Assembly: GCA_010093995.1 (NCBI GenBank)
Contig: ML992509.1
Coordinates: 666,178 to 730,177, forward strand
Direction of reading: 5' to 3'
DNA length: 64,000 bases
Source of the DNA: Elsinoe ampelina
Taxonomy: Eukaryota
Positions 10,680-23,161 of the stretch are shown in pieces. The notes under the pieces are model-generated. The model did not search any database, was not told the origin of the DNA, and saw only the letters and a program-made list of their open reading frames with translations. Made by a program: the position numbers and the translations under genes. How positions within the stretch are numbered: the stretch's first letter is position 1; each line of letters opens with the position of its first letter.

Positions 10680-11951
10680 ATGTCAGCACAGCGCCCAAGC
10701 ATGCGTACAAGCCTTCAAGAATTGGACTTTGACGAGCTGTGCGACATCTGGGAGCATGCGGATCTCTTGTTCCGAAACGAGAGCTTCGACGCAGCTCTCA
10801 ACATCTACCATGACTGTGCGACTCAGACCTCGAATGCTCCTCTTCGAGCAGTGCTACTCCTTAATGCCGGTATTGCAGCGCTCCACAGTGGGCGCATCGG
10901 ACAAGCTCAACAACTCTGGCTGACAGCTTCGACCTGCGATTCGGATCAGGTATTGCCACATTTCCTGCACGGAGTCACAGCCTTCCATCAACAGCAATAC
11001 GAGGAAGCACAACTCGCCTTCCGCGATTGCAGGAGACGGTTCAAGCCGGGCAGACTGGTCATGAAGCATCGTGACATGGGACTTGACTTTGATCTCATGC
11101 TTGACCATGTGCTTAAGAATGAACAAATCGCAGCACATGAACTGTTCCAACACATCATGGGTCGGTCCACGAACGAGAACAGGATCGACTTACCACATGA
11201 CTTTCCTGGCGACCTGATCTTTCAAGCACCTACTCGATCACCGTCCTCAAAGAGGTCAACAACACCATCCGAGATCCTGAGCACGCGAGGCAGGCAGACT
11301 GGTTCAGTACCCAGACGGCTGATTCCACCTCGATTGATATCGGAGCCTGCGATCTCGTCTCCCGCTACAGTCACAACTACCAGTCAAGCTACACGGTCAC
11401 GGCACGGTCACGGCCGCTCTTCTTCCGCCCTGCCAAGCATGTTCAGATCAAACATCAACTACCAGTCGAGCAGTGCCAAGTTCGGTCCAATGCAGCATTT
11501 CTTCCGACGTCAATTCTCAAGGATCAGGCCTATGTCCGTTCAGCAAAGCCCATACCCGAGCCCATTCGCCTCGGAAGCGACACTCGAAAGTAAGCTCCAT
11601 GCGGCGCAGCAGACACGACCAGTTCGACCCCCTCGACCGGATGAAGCGGTGGGCAACTCCGCCCTACCACAGGCTGTACGGGAGGAGAACACTGCAATAT
11701 CGCCAGCGGCATCTGGTAGTTGGTCCATCCTCGATCTCTACATGGACAGAGATGGCCCGACGGGACCACAGCATGAGAAGCGAAGAATGGACTCTCGTAT
11801 CCGGAGATGGCAATCCAGTCTGCCTGATCCGCGAGAGGTGAGTATGGAGAGATACTCACCGTTCCAAGAAGAGATGACACAAATTCGGCCCTTTCAACGA
11901 GTTTTCATTAGTAGTCAAGAAGAGGAGACATCTGCAGTTGCGAAACATTGA
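10680..11951 (+). CDS. TPR protein resembling the p67phox/NoxR N-terminal domain, with a disordered C-terminus
   Basis: TPR-like helices LLLNAG..., HFLHGVTAF...YEEAQLAF; HRDMGLDFDL..HVLKN parallels NoxR DYEQLGLKFKL..EVLFN; no PB1 domain seen. Confidence 0.65.
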   Translation: MSAQRPSMRTSLQELDFDELCDIWEHADLLFRNESFDAALNIYHDCATQTSNAPLRAVLLLNAGIAALHSGRIGQAQQLWLTASTCDSDQVLPHFLHGVTAFHQQQYEEAQLAFRDCRRRFKPGRLVMKHRDMGLDFDLMLDHVLKNEQIAAHELFQHIMGRSTNENRIDLPHDFPGDLIFQAPTRSPSSKRSTTPSEILSTRGRQTGSVPRRLIPPRLISEPAISSPATVTTTSQATRSRHGHGRSSSALPSMFRSNINYQSSSAKFGPMQHFFRRQFSRIRPMSVQQSPYPSPFASEATLESKLHAAQQTRPVRPPRPDEAVGNSALPQAVREENTAISPAASGSWSILDLYMDRDGPTGPQHEKRRMDSRIRRWQSSLPDPREVSMERYSPFQEEMTQIRPFQRVFISSQEEETSAVAKH

Positions 11952-13235
11952 GACGCAGTCTTAATGAAAGTTGATGAAGCGTCCTACCCAAGAATCTCGC
12001 GGGCGCAGGGTCAACAACGTGCAATTTAGCCAGAATAGCCAGCTAGATCATCAGCCCTACGAATGACCACAGGTGGAAACGCACAATGCAATTACGCTTG
12101 TATGATGAAAGACTGGATGTTGGTTTCACAATCGCGGTCTGTTGAGCAATCGTGGCTATCTTCCAGACGCGCGAGCGGCTTTGCTCCCCTCCCCCTCCGG
12201 ACTGTATCTGGACAGCCTCCGTCCCAACACGCGAGGCTCGTTATCGTCTGTGGAACGGGAGAGAGGGCAGATCATCAGCCTCCAGGCGACGTCCGGTGAA
12301 GGGGAAATGACGACGAGGAAGTCTCCCATGGACGATCACGAATGATTTCCCAGAAGCACATGTCCATCCGTCCATGTTTACTGGACGTCGCTGCAAAAAC
12401 ATCAAGCAATTTGACCTCGGAACGAGTCACCCGGACGAACCGAAGGGGTGCATGACAATCTGGCATTTCTCGGTTCAAACTCGCGGGAGATTGTTCAGGG
12501 CAGATAGGGCTCCGATGGGGGAAGGGGACAGATGTGGAGAGACGAGAAACGTGCGAGGGACAGACAGTCCGATACAGAGAGTCTGGATCGCGTCACATGT
12601 AAAATTGTGGATGGGACCAAAAACCCACCAACCGGTGCTGAGTACCGAGCAGGTGGAAATCGCCTGTGCTCGTGGGACGGACGTGGGACGTGGGCATTTG
12701 CTTTCTCCACAGGGTCTTGGTTCGCTGCGCACGGCATGAGGCAGAGATCCTGATCTTCTCTCGCTCGTGGGATGGCTGGCCTGTCATTTTGTATTCTGCC
12801 TAAAAAGCCGAGGGACGACGAGTGGTGGGGTTTGACAGATCTCGTCGATGGTGTCTGCATCGAGATCTTGTTTCGTGGTTCATGCAGCTGATGCTTTTCT
12901 CCAGGGTACATGACGAGATGTCACTGCTGTGATCAGAAAGGGCATCAGCGGACGTTGATGAAGGACTTGCTGGTAGGTGTCGTGGTCGGGTTCGGGGCAA
13001 GTCGGGGAGGATGCGGAATGGCAGGGGAACAACGTCGGTGCATCACAATGACAGATTACTTACACAAGCAAATCTTCGGCTTTTGGCAAGGGTCAAAGGG
13101 ATCAAGTTTGGAACACGTCGTGCACGATGTTCACGTCTTTACTTGGTGCTCGTGAATGCTCCGTGAATCGAGTGGTCTAAAGCAGTTCTTCCGTGTGGGG
13201 GTTGATGAGAGAAACATGTGGTTCTCTCGCATGAG

Positions 13236-13278
13236 TGGCTTTTCTTCTGGCTTTTCTGGCTTTTCTGGCTTTTCTGGC
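13236..13278 (+). repeat. TGGCTTTTC 9-mer tandem repeat (4 copies plus a partial)
   Basis: Copies at 13236, 13248, 13257 and 13266. Confidence 0.85.
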
Positions 13279-14173
13279 CGGAAAAAACACCCTCGGCTTC
13301 TGATAACCAAGGGCTATTTCTCCACGTCGAATCGGATTAGACTTTCCATCATGTCGGCCCGCAGTTTGTCCATTGTCGGCTTGTCCCAGGTGCAAAGTCC
13401 AAATCGTTGCATCATCCCCAAATATTATCACCAGCCTTTCGTCCTGGAACGCAAGCGCATTGCTTTTGTTTCGACCACAGACGGATCGTCCTTGCATCAC
13501 GGTCACCCTGGTCTCGCTGCCTGCTGCCCCAGATTCCCCAGATCTCAGTCCGTACTTTTATTACACGACAGTACATTATCCTCCCCCTCGCCCACCATCT
13601 GCTTCCCGACGGATTCCACCCCTGTACATCCCCCCGGCACGCTACTCCAACAGACACTCTCCAAACCGTTCAGCCAGAAGCCATCGCCCACATTCTGACC
13701 AATATCGCGTCAAAGACCGTTGTGTCGGACAAGGCCGTACCTCCTCGGCTCATCTACAAAGATACTTGCACCAAACACTTGCAGCCTCTCATCCACTCAT
13801 CCCACGCACCATCGGTCGATCTTGCTACCGCCGACGATCATTAGTACGCCTTTCTGTACTCCTGGCTGTCGCACGACAAACGTTCTCGTGACGGACGACT
13901 TGTCGCCTTGATTGATATTTTACTGAACATCACTCTCACCTTTTTTGCCTTTCTCTCCACGACTTCCGTGACAGTTGCCGGAAACAAGTGGGTCTCAAGG
14001 CTGTAGCAACAGAGAACGGGAATAAAGAACGATCCTTCATCGCCTTACGAAAACACTGTCATTCGACCTTGTCTACAATCTCTTCCACCGTCGCAGACTT
14101 TCTCTTCGCAAACGTAACACGCCGCTCCGCCCGCCTCGAAGCCCAACGACCATCTTACCCACAATCACAACCC

Positions 14174-14560
14174 ATGGCCCTCCCACGATCAGGCAACTCC
14201 TCCGCATTCCAGAGCTCCTCCTCGCTCTCCTCAATATCTTCTCTCAACACCAACGTCTCGGCCTCCACATCACCCATGGCATCACAAGACAGCCAGTTCC
14301 CACAACGCTTCTCCGCCCCTCTCCCCTCACCCAGCCAAACCACACAAGCCCAGCACTACTTTGCCTCATTACAGATGCAGACCCAACAAGCGCCACCACA
14401 GCCTTCCCCCCAACAGGCGTCCTTCATGGGCCAACGAGGAGGCCAAGGCGGCATGCCCGAGACGGCACCGTTCTTGAACAACCTCAACCTGGTAGCAGAA
14501 GCCGCGAAAAGAGCGCAAATGGCGTGTCTCATGCGAGACTTTGGGGAGTGTGAGCTGTAG
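14174..14560 (+). CDS. Small S/Q/P-rich hypothetical protein with a structured-looking C-terminal motif
   Basis: ATG in CCCATGG context; disordered body ending in PFLNNLNLVAEAAKRAQMACLMRDF, a motif I recall from uncharacterised Pezizomycotina proteins. Confidence 0.75.
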   Translation: MALPRSGNSSAFQSSSSLSSISSLNTNVSASTSPMASQDSQFPQRFSAPLPSPSQTTQAQHYFASLQMQTQQAPPQPSPQQASFMGQRGGQGGMPETAPFLNNLNLVAEAAKRAQMACLMRDFGECEL

Positions 14561-15097
14561 AGCCTCTCACGGAGCGACACCTTCTCTTCTCCTCCTTATC
14601 GGATATCATCATCAGCGTTTTCTTTCCCACTGCACACAGCACAGCAGGTAGCATCAGCGACATTTTTTTACGACTTTACGGCGGGGGTTCAACGGCAATG
14701 GGTATGGCGTTTTTGCAGCTTGGGTTTGGAGGGAGGAGGGAGAGGGGTTGGATACATGCCACTCGGTTTGTTCTTTACTGTTCTTGAAGGAGGAGGGAGA
14801 TGAAGGTGGACGAGGGCATGATATCCTGTTTTCGAAAGACGGTGGCGCTTATCGCGACCGTGTCTGCGTTGGGCAGATGTAATTTCTTGTATGAAGAAGA
14901 TCATCACTCCTGTTTGTTCATGCTCGTGACGCTTCCTGTGATATGGATCGTGAAGGGAACGTATTATTACAGTATTACCTCCTCTACCTAATTACGTGTC
15001 ATCATATCCACCACCTCCTTGGACCCCCCCGTCTTCTCTCCCGCCATTCATCCTCACTTCCCCCTCTCCACCGCCCCTCTCCCCTCCTCTTCTCCCT

Positions 15098-16263
15098 CTA
15101 AACCCTATTCCTCAACCCAAAAACCAACCCCAACACCAACCCCAACGCCACGACAATAACCACCACGATCCAAAAACACCACCACTTCAACCTCCTCGCG
15201 CGCCTCGCGCTCTCCTCCGCCTTCTCAAGATGGGTGTTCCCCCTCTCGACATCGCCCTTGACCAACCCCGTCCCGTCCTCGGTCTGCTTGATCGGCTCGT
15301 CCTGCAGCACCACTTGCTGCCCAAGAGCGTCGATGAGGTCGGCCAGCTCGCGCATCGTCCGCTCGATCTGGAGGATGTCGGCGTGGCGGGCGCGGACGGC
15401 GCCGAGGACGGAGGAAGCGGTGGCGGTGCGGTTGGTTTTGAGCTGGTGGGTGACGCGATCAGTATGGGGTGGTATGGTACGGTAAAAGGAAGGAATTCAC
15501 TCACCGCCGTCTGAAATACCCCCTCGTCCCCCCAGTTCGCATTCTTCGCCTCCTCCACCTCCGCCTCGCTCGCGTCCGGGTTGACGATCCGGTACGACCG
15601 AGCGATCTGCTCTCTGTACTTGACCTCGTAATCGCGCTCTTCTCGCCGGTACTCTTCCAGCTGTTTCTTGAAACTGCTCTTCAGGCTGCTGACTTGGGTG
15701 GCTTTGATGCCGTTTGCGCTGCCGCCGGAGCGTTTGGCGTCGGTCTCGAGGAAGCGGATCTGGTCTTTGATGGAAGTGTTGAGGATTTGGGTGTCGGTGA
15801 TTAGGGACGAGAGGGAGGGGTCGGCGTTGGCCGAGGGGGAGGTGAGGGTGCGTTGGTGGGTGGAGGCGATTTGCGAGATTTGCGAGGTGAGGGTGCGGAT
15901 GGAGGATTTGAGGGCTTCGACGCGGGAGAGGAAGTCTTGGTTGCTCAGGACTGTGGATGGTTGGGCGGTGGGACCATTGGGACCGTTAGTGGGAGGGGGG
16001 AGGACGTGGGAGGACGTCTGTGAAGCGGGTGCGTAGGGATTGGACTCGGTGGGCTCCTGGGTGGGTTAGCATTGCGCGGGGCGATATAGAGGTGGAGGTG
16101 TCACTTGGTTATACTGCTCTCCGCCATAAGGATTCTGCTGCTGGCTGTGGTTTTGCTGACCATAGTCCTGCCGTCCGCCGTATGGGTTCGCGCCGTAATT
16201 GCCATCGCCATTGGAGTCGCCGTAGGGACTCCCTCCATAGCCCTGGTATTGATTGTATGACAT
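15098..16263 (-). CDS. SSO1: Plasma-membrane syntaxin (t-SNARE); introns at ~16104-16057 and ~15504-15444
   Basis: Y/G/Q-rich N-terminus, Habc region ending ..RSYRIVNPDASEAEV, SNARE motif (LARHADILQIERTMRELA), KWWC plus C-terminal TM anchor. Confidence 0.88.
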
Positions 16264-17257
16264 TTCTGCTCGCACGGTCTCCGAGCTCTGACAGACGAGC
16301 TCTGACAGAGGAGCTTGGACGGTCGGAGCGTCGGGATATACGTCAGAGGCGGGTTGCTTGAGATTTGAGGTCGCGAAACGTGAAGATATCGAGTTCAAGG
16401 AGCGACGGCGAGGAATTCACAAAAACATGTCAGGCAGCTGTCTTATGATATGGTAATATCGGATGGCTGCGCTGAGAGAGCACTGCGCCGTCGGTCAGCT
16501 AAGCCTCCGGAATGACGCTTGGTGGAAGACATTTTGTCAAAAACTTAGGCCCCGAACCCGCGCTATCCCGGAGATCAAAAGCCACTTGCGGCCGGTAAAA
16601 TTATGGGACCAAGGTATATGTGAGGTAAGCAATAATATCAAAGAGCGATTCATGCGTATCCTCGACCCCTTTGATGTCTGCGGAACATTTGAAAGTATTG
16701 TCTTGCATTCAGTCAGCTAAAAGAGTGTAAGGGCTCATGAGATGTTGTGCATGGCCATGGTAGTGTAGCTAAAGCTCAATTGTAGAAAGAGTGACTTGGG
16801 CGAGTGAGTACAAAGGTCGGCAGGCAAGAGGGTCGCTCGATTTCCGTCAAAAGCAAAATGTAGAGGTCGAATAATGCATTCCGCCAGCGACTGGAGATAC
16901 TAGGGCGGATATCGTGGTCGTCCGTCTGGAGCGACAATAAGGACCACGGCCCGGCGGAAAATCGATATCGATGCGGTCGAGCATAGCGTGCGGCAGTCCC
17001 ATAGCTCCTCACAGAACACCACGTCACAAACAGTCCCGCGGGCTGTTATGAGATTGCCGAGGCGCTGCAGTCGTCCATGGCGCGGTATAGTCGGATGTGG
17101 GTCGGGTGTGCGACTGTGGCGTCCATCATCTCCTGAAGCTTTTCAGCTAGATTGCAGTCGGCAAGACCCAGTACGGGTAAGCACCTTTGGGCGATGGAGG
17201 TGAAAGTCAGCTTGTGACTCTGTCGGAACATTTAGCATGTCCTTTCCAGTCCATCAA

Positions 17258-20200
17258 TCAGTCATATCCTCCAAGCCCGACCTGACTCGCAAACGCGGTG
17301 CTGATGCTCCTAGCATCGTCGTCCAGTCCAGATCGATTACCAGTGAGGGGACCACCTTCCACATATCTCTTCAACCTGTCGCTCTGGCTCAAACTGGTTT
17401 GCCTGCCAAAATCACCAGACCCTAATCCTGCAAGACTGACTCCGCCCTGACCAACTCCATTCTTGACACCAGCTCCGTTGGTCGTAACATCAGTAATCTC
17501 GGTGCCAGCTGTAGACTCGCCTGCAACGCTCTCAGTGTCCTTACCGCGCTGTCCAGCATGCCCGTCGCGATTAGGTAGGGTAGGCCACTGCTCGCGTTGG
17601 AAGTTACGGAACGTAGATGGGTACCCACTGGCGCTGGGAAGTGCAGCACCTCCAAGAGAGGAAGAGTGAACAGAGGAAACGTCGTCAGGTATATAACCCA
17701 TGATACTCCCGTTATCGTTGTATCCCTCTCGACCTCCACCTTGAGGACGACCGCCAGATGCCGCAGCCATATTAGTAGCATGCTGATACGCCATCTGGTA
17801 GCGCTGAGGCCCACGATAGCTAGCCTTGGGGCGGGAGAACTGCAGCAGCGAGACCTGCAGATTGCTCAAAGGACCTTCAACCAGACAATTGCGCTCTTTG
17901 AAGTGAAGCAGGAGATAGTGCCAGAGAGGATGTTTAGAGAGGACCTTGGGGTTGCCGAGGATGACCAAGCCGTATTTTGCACGAGTGAGGGCGACGTTGA
18001 GGCGACGAGGATCAGACAAGAAACCGATACCTTGGTGGTCGTTGGATCGAACACAAGATAAGACGATAAAGTCCTTCTCACGTCCCTGGAAGGCATCGAC
18101 GCTGGCGACTTCGACCTCCTTGTAGTAATCCTTCTTGAACGTGCCAGTAGCTTGCATGGAGCTGACTACGTAGGAACGCTGTCCTTCGTATGGTGTGATG
18201 ATACCAATGTCCTGGGGCTGCACTCCAGCCTTAAAGAACCGAGTGACAATTTTCTCGACACTCTGCGCTTCAGTGCGGTTGAGGTAGGACGTACCGCTGG
18301 CTGAAATCTCTTCATTGCCCAAGTTGGACCAGAACATCATAGGCGAGTCAACGACGGGCCAGGGAAAATCAACATCGCGGCGGATGCGCTGCTGCATGGT
18401 GACACCGTTCTGTAGAGACCCTTCGTAAAACATGTTCGACGGAAATTCGGACAAGCAAGGATGCATACGGTACTGAACCTGCAGGCGAATAGGCGCGCAC
18501 CCTAGGATGACCAGACGTTCGAAGAGGGACTGATTGAGACCCGCCTTGGCTGCTTTCTTGTTCATGATGACCGGCCCCAGCTGTTGATGATCACCAACGA
18601 GCACGACCTGCTTACATCCAAGGACGAGTGGAATCATACACTCAGGCTCAGCAGATTGTGTCGATTCGTCGATAAGGACAGTTCGGAATTTCAGCTTCGC
18701 GAGGCGAGGATCTCCGGCACCGACGCAAGTACAGCAAATGACATCGGCAGCTGTGAGAATCTCGCGCTCGGCATTGCGGACAAGCGACTTATACTTCTTC
18801 TCATCCTGGCTAGATAATTCGCCGAGTTCGTTCTTGAGTTGAGTGAGCTTATTCAGCTCGACATTGGTGTCGTTCATGCGGACTTGTTCATGCAAGGAAA
18901 GAAAGCCAACGGGTGATTCGACATCCTCGCGTGATTTTGCTGTGACACGGACAGTCTTGAGACCAGTGCGATGTATGCGCTCACAGAGCTGATCAACAGC
19001 AACATTAGAAGGTGCGCAAACCAGGACCTGGCCACCGTTGACCTTGGCGAGGTGGTAGATGATGGTTGCAGAAGTCACCGTCTTGCCGGTACCTGGTGGA
19101 CCTTGAATCAAGCTCAAAGGCTTCTGGAGGACACTCTTCACAGCGTTGATTTGACTACCGTTGAGCTCAGGCAAGCCAGGAACACTAAACTTGCGGGGCA
19201 TCTGAGTCTTCATGGGAGCAGCTGCAACCTCATGACCAAGAAGGCGATGGAAGATGTACCCAGATACGCTAAGCTCATCGACAGCGAAGGTCTTCATGGC
19301 ATGCTGCATGCGATCGAACGACGTGGCCTTCCAGACATAATCGGCGCTAAAATTGTGGGTGCATTCTGTGGGAACTGACTTGTGGTCGCCCTTCGCACGC
19401 AGCTCGATAGTGACTTCGTCAGACTGGTTGTTGGGAATCTTGATGACATAGCCGACACCCTCCCAGTGTGGACGCAGCTCTCCAGTGTAGCGGATCCTCA
19501 TCTCGTCACCGACTGCGAGTTTGACATCGCCGAGTTCAAGCTTTGGTAGCACAAAGCTGGCCAAGTGCTTGTTGTTAAGACCAAAATCCCAGCGGACGAT
19601 GAGACCATCCTGGCTTTGTGATTCCTTCAACTTGCGGTCGTAATCGGCTTCAATCTTGACAAGGGGTCCGAAAACATTCTGATATTGATATGCATCGTCG
19701 TAGCGCAAGAGAACAGCTGCAGGCTCATCATCGATACCAGCGCCCTTCTCAAGATCGGCAATGGTGGCATTCGCATTATCCTTCCACATTTCTTCCAGCT
19801 TTGCGATGATCTGTGGCGGAAGGTGACGAGCACGCATCTGCTCTTGATCGGAAGGAGCACCAACGAGCCATGGTAGGAAGGATCGATCTTCGATGAGCGG
19901 CTGCCAACGTGAGGTATCCCAATTCATGTCCTTGGAAGATGGCATAGCAGCGCATGGTTGACGGCAGAGTAGGACAACAACGGTATCTGATTTGGCGGGA
20001 ATGAAACCGAGGAGGAAGACATTCTTCGTACCGCAATTGTAGCATTCCAGGACTGTATCCCCTAGCTTAGACGCTGGGTGAAGGCAAACTTCCTTGTGGC
20101 GAGCGCGGACCAGATGATTGATGATGTGAGAAGAAGAGGTGTTGCCGCGAGCGCTGCAGAACCACTTGTTGCAAGACAAGCACTTGACAACGCTGCTCTC

Positions 20201-20558
20201 GTTATGAATGCCACAGTATCTGTTCATCGATTAGACCCAAAGTATCAACCTCTCCGTCGTACTTGACCTACGCGCATGCGTGAGGTGGCAGTTCCACCTC
20301 CTCTTGCTTGGGGGCGAGACCACCGTTGGCTCCATTCACTGCAGCACTCGCAAGACTTTCCAAATCATCTTCGTCATCAAGCTCGTCATCATCTCCAGCT
20401 CTTCTCCTCATCGGCCCACCAGATATGTTACCTCTTCCATACTCGCGGTCCAGAGCGCTTTCATCAGCATCGATAGTGGATAGATCGTCGCCTGCATTGA
20501 TGGCAGAGGCTGAATCAGAGATCAGGTGATTGCCGACATGTGTAAAGGCACCCTCCAT
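17258..20558 (-). CDS. UPF1: NMD RNA helicase Upf1/Nam7; intron ~20271-20220
   Basis: CH domain ([24 protein letters not shown]), [46 protein letters not shown]. Confidence 0.97.
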
Positions 20559-20923
20559 GCCGTGAAATCACAGAGGGTATAAGGTCGAAGGAGTGAATTC
20601 GCCTCAAAGGATCAAGCGAATTTTGAGGAGGGGGTCTTTGGCGATTGCGAAGAGCGGACCAGCCGAGAGGATGAGGAAGGGTCGAAGGTGGTATTTGGTA
20701 TCTTTCCTACCATGCGACCAGAGTCTGAGATGATCCTACTTCAAAAAGAGCGTGTCTGACGATTTCTCGAATGAGAATGGAGTGAGATGTCGATGTGCAA
20801 CCTTCAGACCCTGTGATTTCTCAAACTCCGACGCCAAGAAATGCTTGCCCCGCGGAACTTCAGCCGCATGGGAAAAAAAGTACCAGCAGCCTTAAGCACT
20901 GGAATAATACAGCATCCGAGATC

Positions 20924-21811
20924 ATGATACGAAGACGGGCCCGTGAACGGCGCGACTATCTCTATCGACGAGCACTTACATTACGAAATGCAGAAATCGC
21001 CGATAAGCGTGCAAAGTTGAAGCAGTCTCTTGCGACAGGAAAGCCTCTGGACCCGTCAATCGCGAACGACAAGGAACTGCGCAAAGATTTCAAGTACGAT
21101 GAAGCCAAGGATGAGCGGACTGTTGAGGAAGAGCTGGAATTGGACGATGAGTACGCTATGTTGTCTGGTGTTATAGATCCAAGGATTCTGGTCACAACAA
21201 GTAGAGATCCTAGTTCAAGATTAGGAGGATTCGCCAAAGAGATACGATTGCTATTGCCTACGAGCATACGACTCAATCGCGGAAACTACGTGCTCCCGGA
21301 TCTCGTCCAAAGTGCCATTAGTAGCGGCTTGAACGACATTATATTGCTCCACGAACACCGAGGTACTCCAACAGCAATGACCATATCACATTTCCCACAC
21401 GGACCTACAGCAAGCTTTTCGCTTCACAACGTAGTCTTACGACACGACATTCCAAACGCCGCTCGAGGGACTGTCAGCGAGTCGTACCCACACATCATCT
21501 TTGAAGGCTTCACAACTAAGCTGGGCAAACGAGTCGTCAGGATACTGCAACATCTGTTCCCACCACGCGATGCAAGTGCAAAGGTTGGCAACCGGGTTGT
21601 GACATTCCGCAACATCGAGGACAGTATTGAAGTCCGACATCATTCCTTCGTCAAGACCAGCTCGCAGAATGTCGAGCTAGCAGAGATCGGTCCTCGCATG
21701 ACAATGAGATTGTTTGAGATCCGGGGGGGCACTCTCGAGAACAAGGATGCGGATGTCGAGTGGCACATGAACCAGTATACCAGGACTAGCAGGAAAAAGG
21801 ACTATCTGTGA
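20924..21811 (+). CDS. IMP4: U3 snoRNP protein Imp4 (Brix domain)
   Basis: MIRRRARERRDYLY, TTSRDPSSRL, HEHRG, ELAEIGPRMT. Confidence 0.96.
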   Translation: MIRRRARERRDYLYRRALTLRNAEIADKRAKLKQSLATGKPLDPSIANDKELRKDFKYDEAKDERTVEEELELDDEYAMLSGVIDPRILVTTSRDPSSRLGGFAKEIRLLLPTSIRLNRGNYVLPDLVQSAISSGLNDIILLHEHRGTPTAMTISHFPHGPTASFSLHNVVLRHDIPNAARGTVSESYPHIIFEGFTTKLGKRVVRILQHLFPPRDASAKVGNRVVTFRNIEDSIEVRHHSFVKTSSQNVELAEIGPRMTMRLFEIRGGTLENKDADVEWHMNQYTRTSRKKDYL

Positions 21812-23161
21812 GGCAATCAATGATGTCTCTGAAGAGGCACGAAGGACGAATCTTCGAAGGGTCGTATTGTTGGTGTGCCGGCCTTAGGTCTCCGCCACGG
21901 CAGGAGAGCCTCTTCAAGCCCATCAACCTGGTATCGGATCCAGCATGCGGGTCACACAATTCTATGCTACCTCAGATGTTGCAGTGGCTGGCGTGCAGAC
22001 GGCGGCACGGCATGCAACACGCGGATCATAACGACCGTCAAAGCGGGAATGACCTTGCTTCGGACATGAACGGCCGAGCATGATGTCTACATCATACCCG
22101 CAGAAGCAGGTCTGAGGGATATGGCTGTTAGAAAGGGCCAACGGCCACCACAACAAATCATAAGGTATGATCAAAGACAAACGATAGATGAGCACGTGGA
22201 GTATACGGCAATAATGGAAATGCAAAAGTATAATAAGCTCAAGAATCGAACGGCATTAGAGTTTGGCTGACCATATCAAACGGGTGAAGCTGTGGGCCCA
22301 ATTTCTGTCCCAATCTGGTATCCCTGTCAAAAGACTACTACCAAAGGGGATACGGCACTCTCCTCAAAAGCCATGACAAGGAGGCGTGCACTGACTTTTG
22401 CGAGGTTTCGTCTAATGCTTTCCCATTGGGTCAATCCCCACAGTAGGGCGTCCTCCTTTGCATCGTCATCTGGCTGTGGTGGGATGATCTTGGATCCTTT
22501 CAGCTCGGCGAACGACCGGACGTCCTTGGCCGTTGAAGCGTGAACGGCATTGCATGCAAATGCAAGCAGGGTGTGTTACGTCAAGGCGTACAACGTCGAA
22601 AAGATGAAGCTCCATTGACTGATCTGATGATACACTACTCAAATTGGGCAACACGTGGTAAGAACCCTTCCGATCACGACCGAAAGCACGACGATCGAAC
22701 GACATCCAGATCTTGCAAGGCAAATGAGCTGATTCCGAGCAATGGTCGTAATCGAAGTGACTGAGGAGGGGCAGATTGAACCCTTTCATCCTCAGTGTGT
22801 TGCATCGTTTCAAGCCATGAAAAAATAAGCCCACACCGTTTTCATTCTCTCCCGGAAAGCGGATGAGACTACCACGAAACGTGTCCACCCGTCGAGCTTC
22901 TCCATCCTTCTGGCGGTCGCCTGGCCACCTCCAGGCCTTGCATTCTATGGTACGCTCAAGCCCAATCGCTGCTTGACCTCGACCGTTTCCCTTTTAGCTC
23001 CAACCGTCGTCTTCCGGGAATCCTCTGACCCGAACTATGCTAGACTAAAGCTCTGGCACACCTACAACGGATCACACGCAATTCTGTTTGGTAGTCATTT
23101 ACCGTATTTTGGCTTTCTTGAAACTCTGTATAATACTGTCTGTTATCCCTGACCGCTTGTC

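Noticed and set aside
7715..16263. Polarity gene cluster (teaR, NoxR-like, SSO1)
   Set aside because: Proximity is easily coincidental in a gene-dense genome, and no synteny evidence is available.
22466..22888. 140-aa minus-strand ORF between IMP4 and the GDPD gene
   Set aside because: No in-frame ATG start and no recognisable motif; cannot be supported, though a lineage-specific gene is not excluded.
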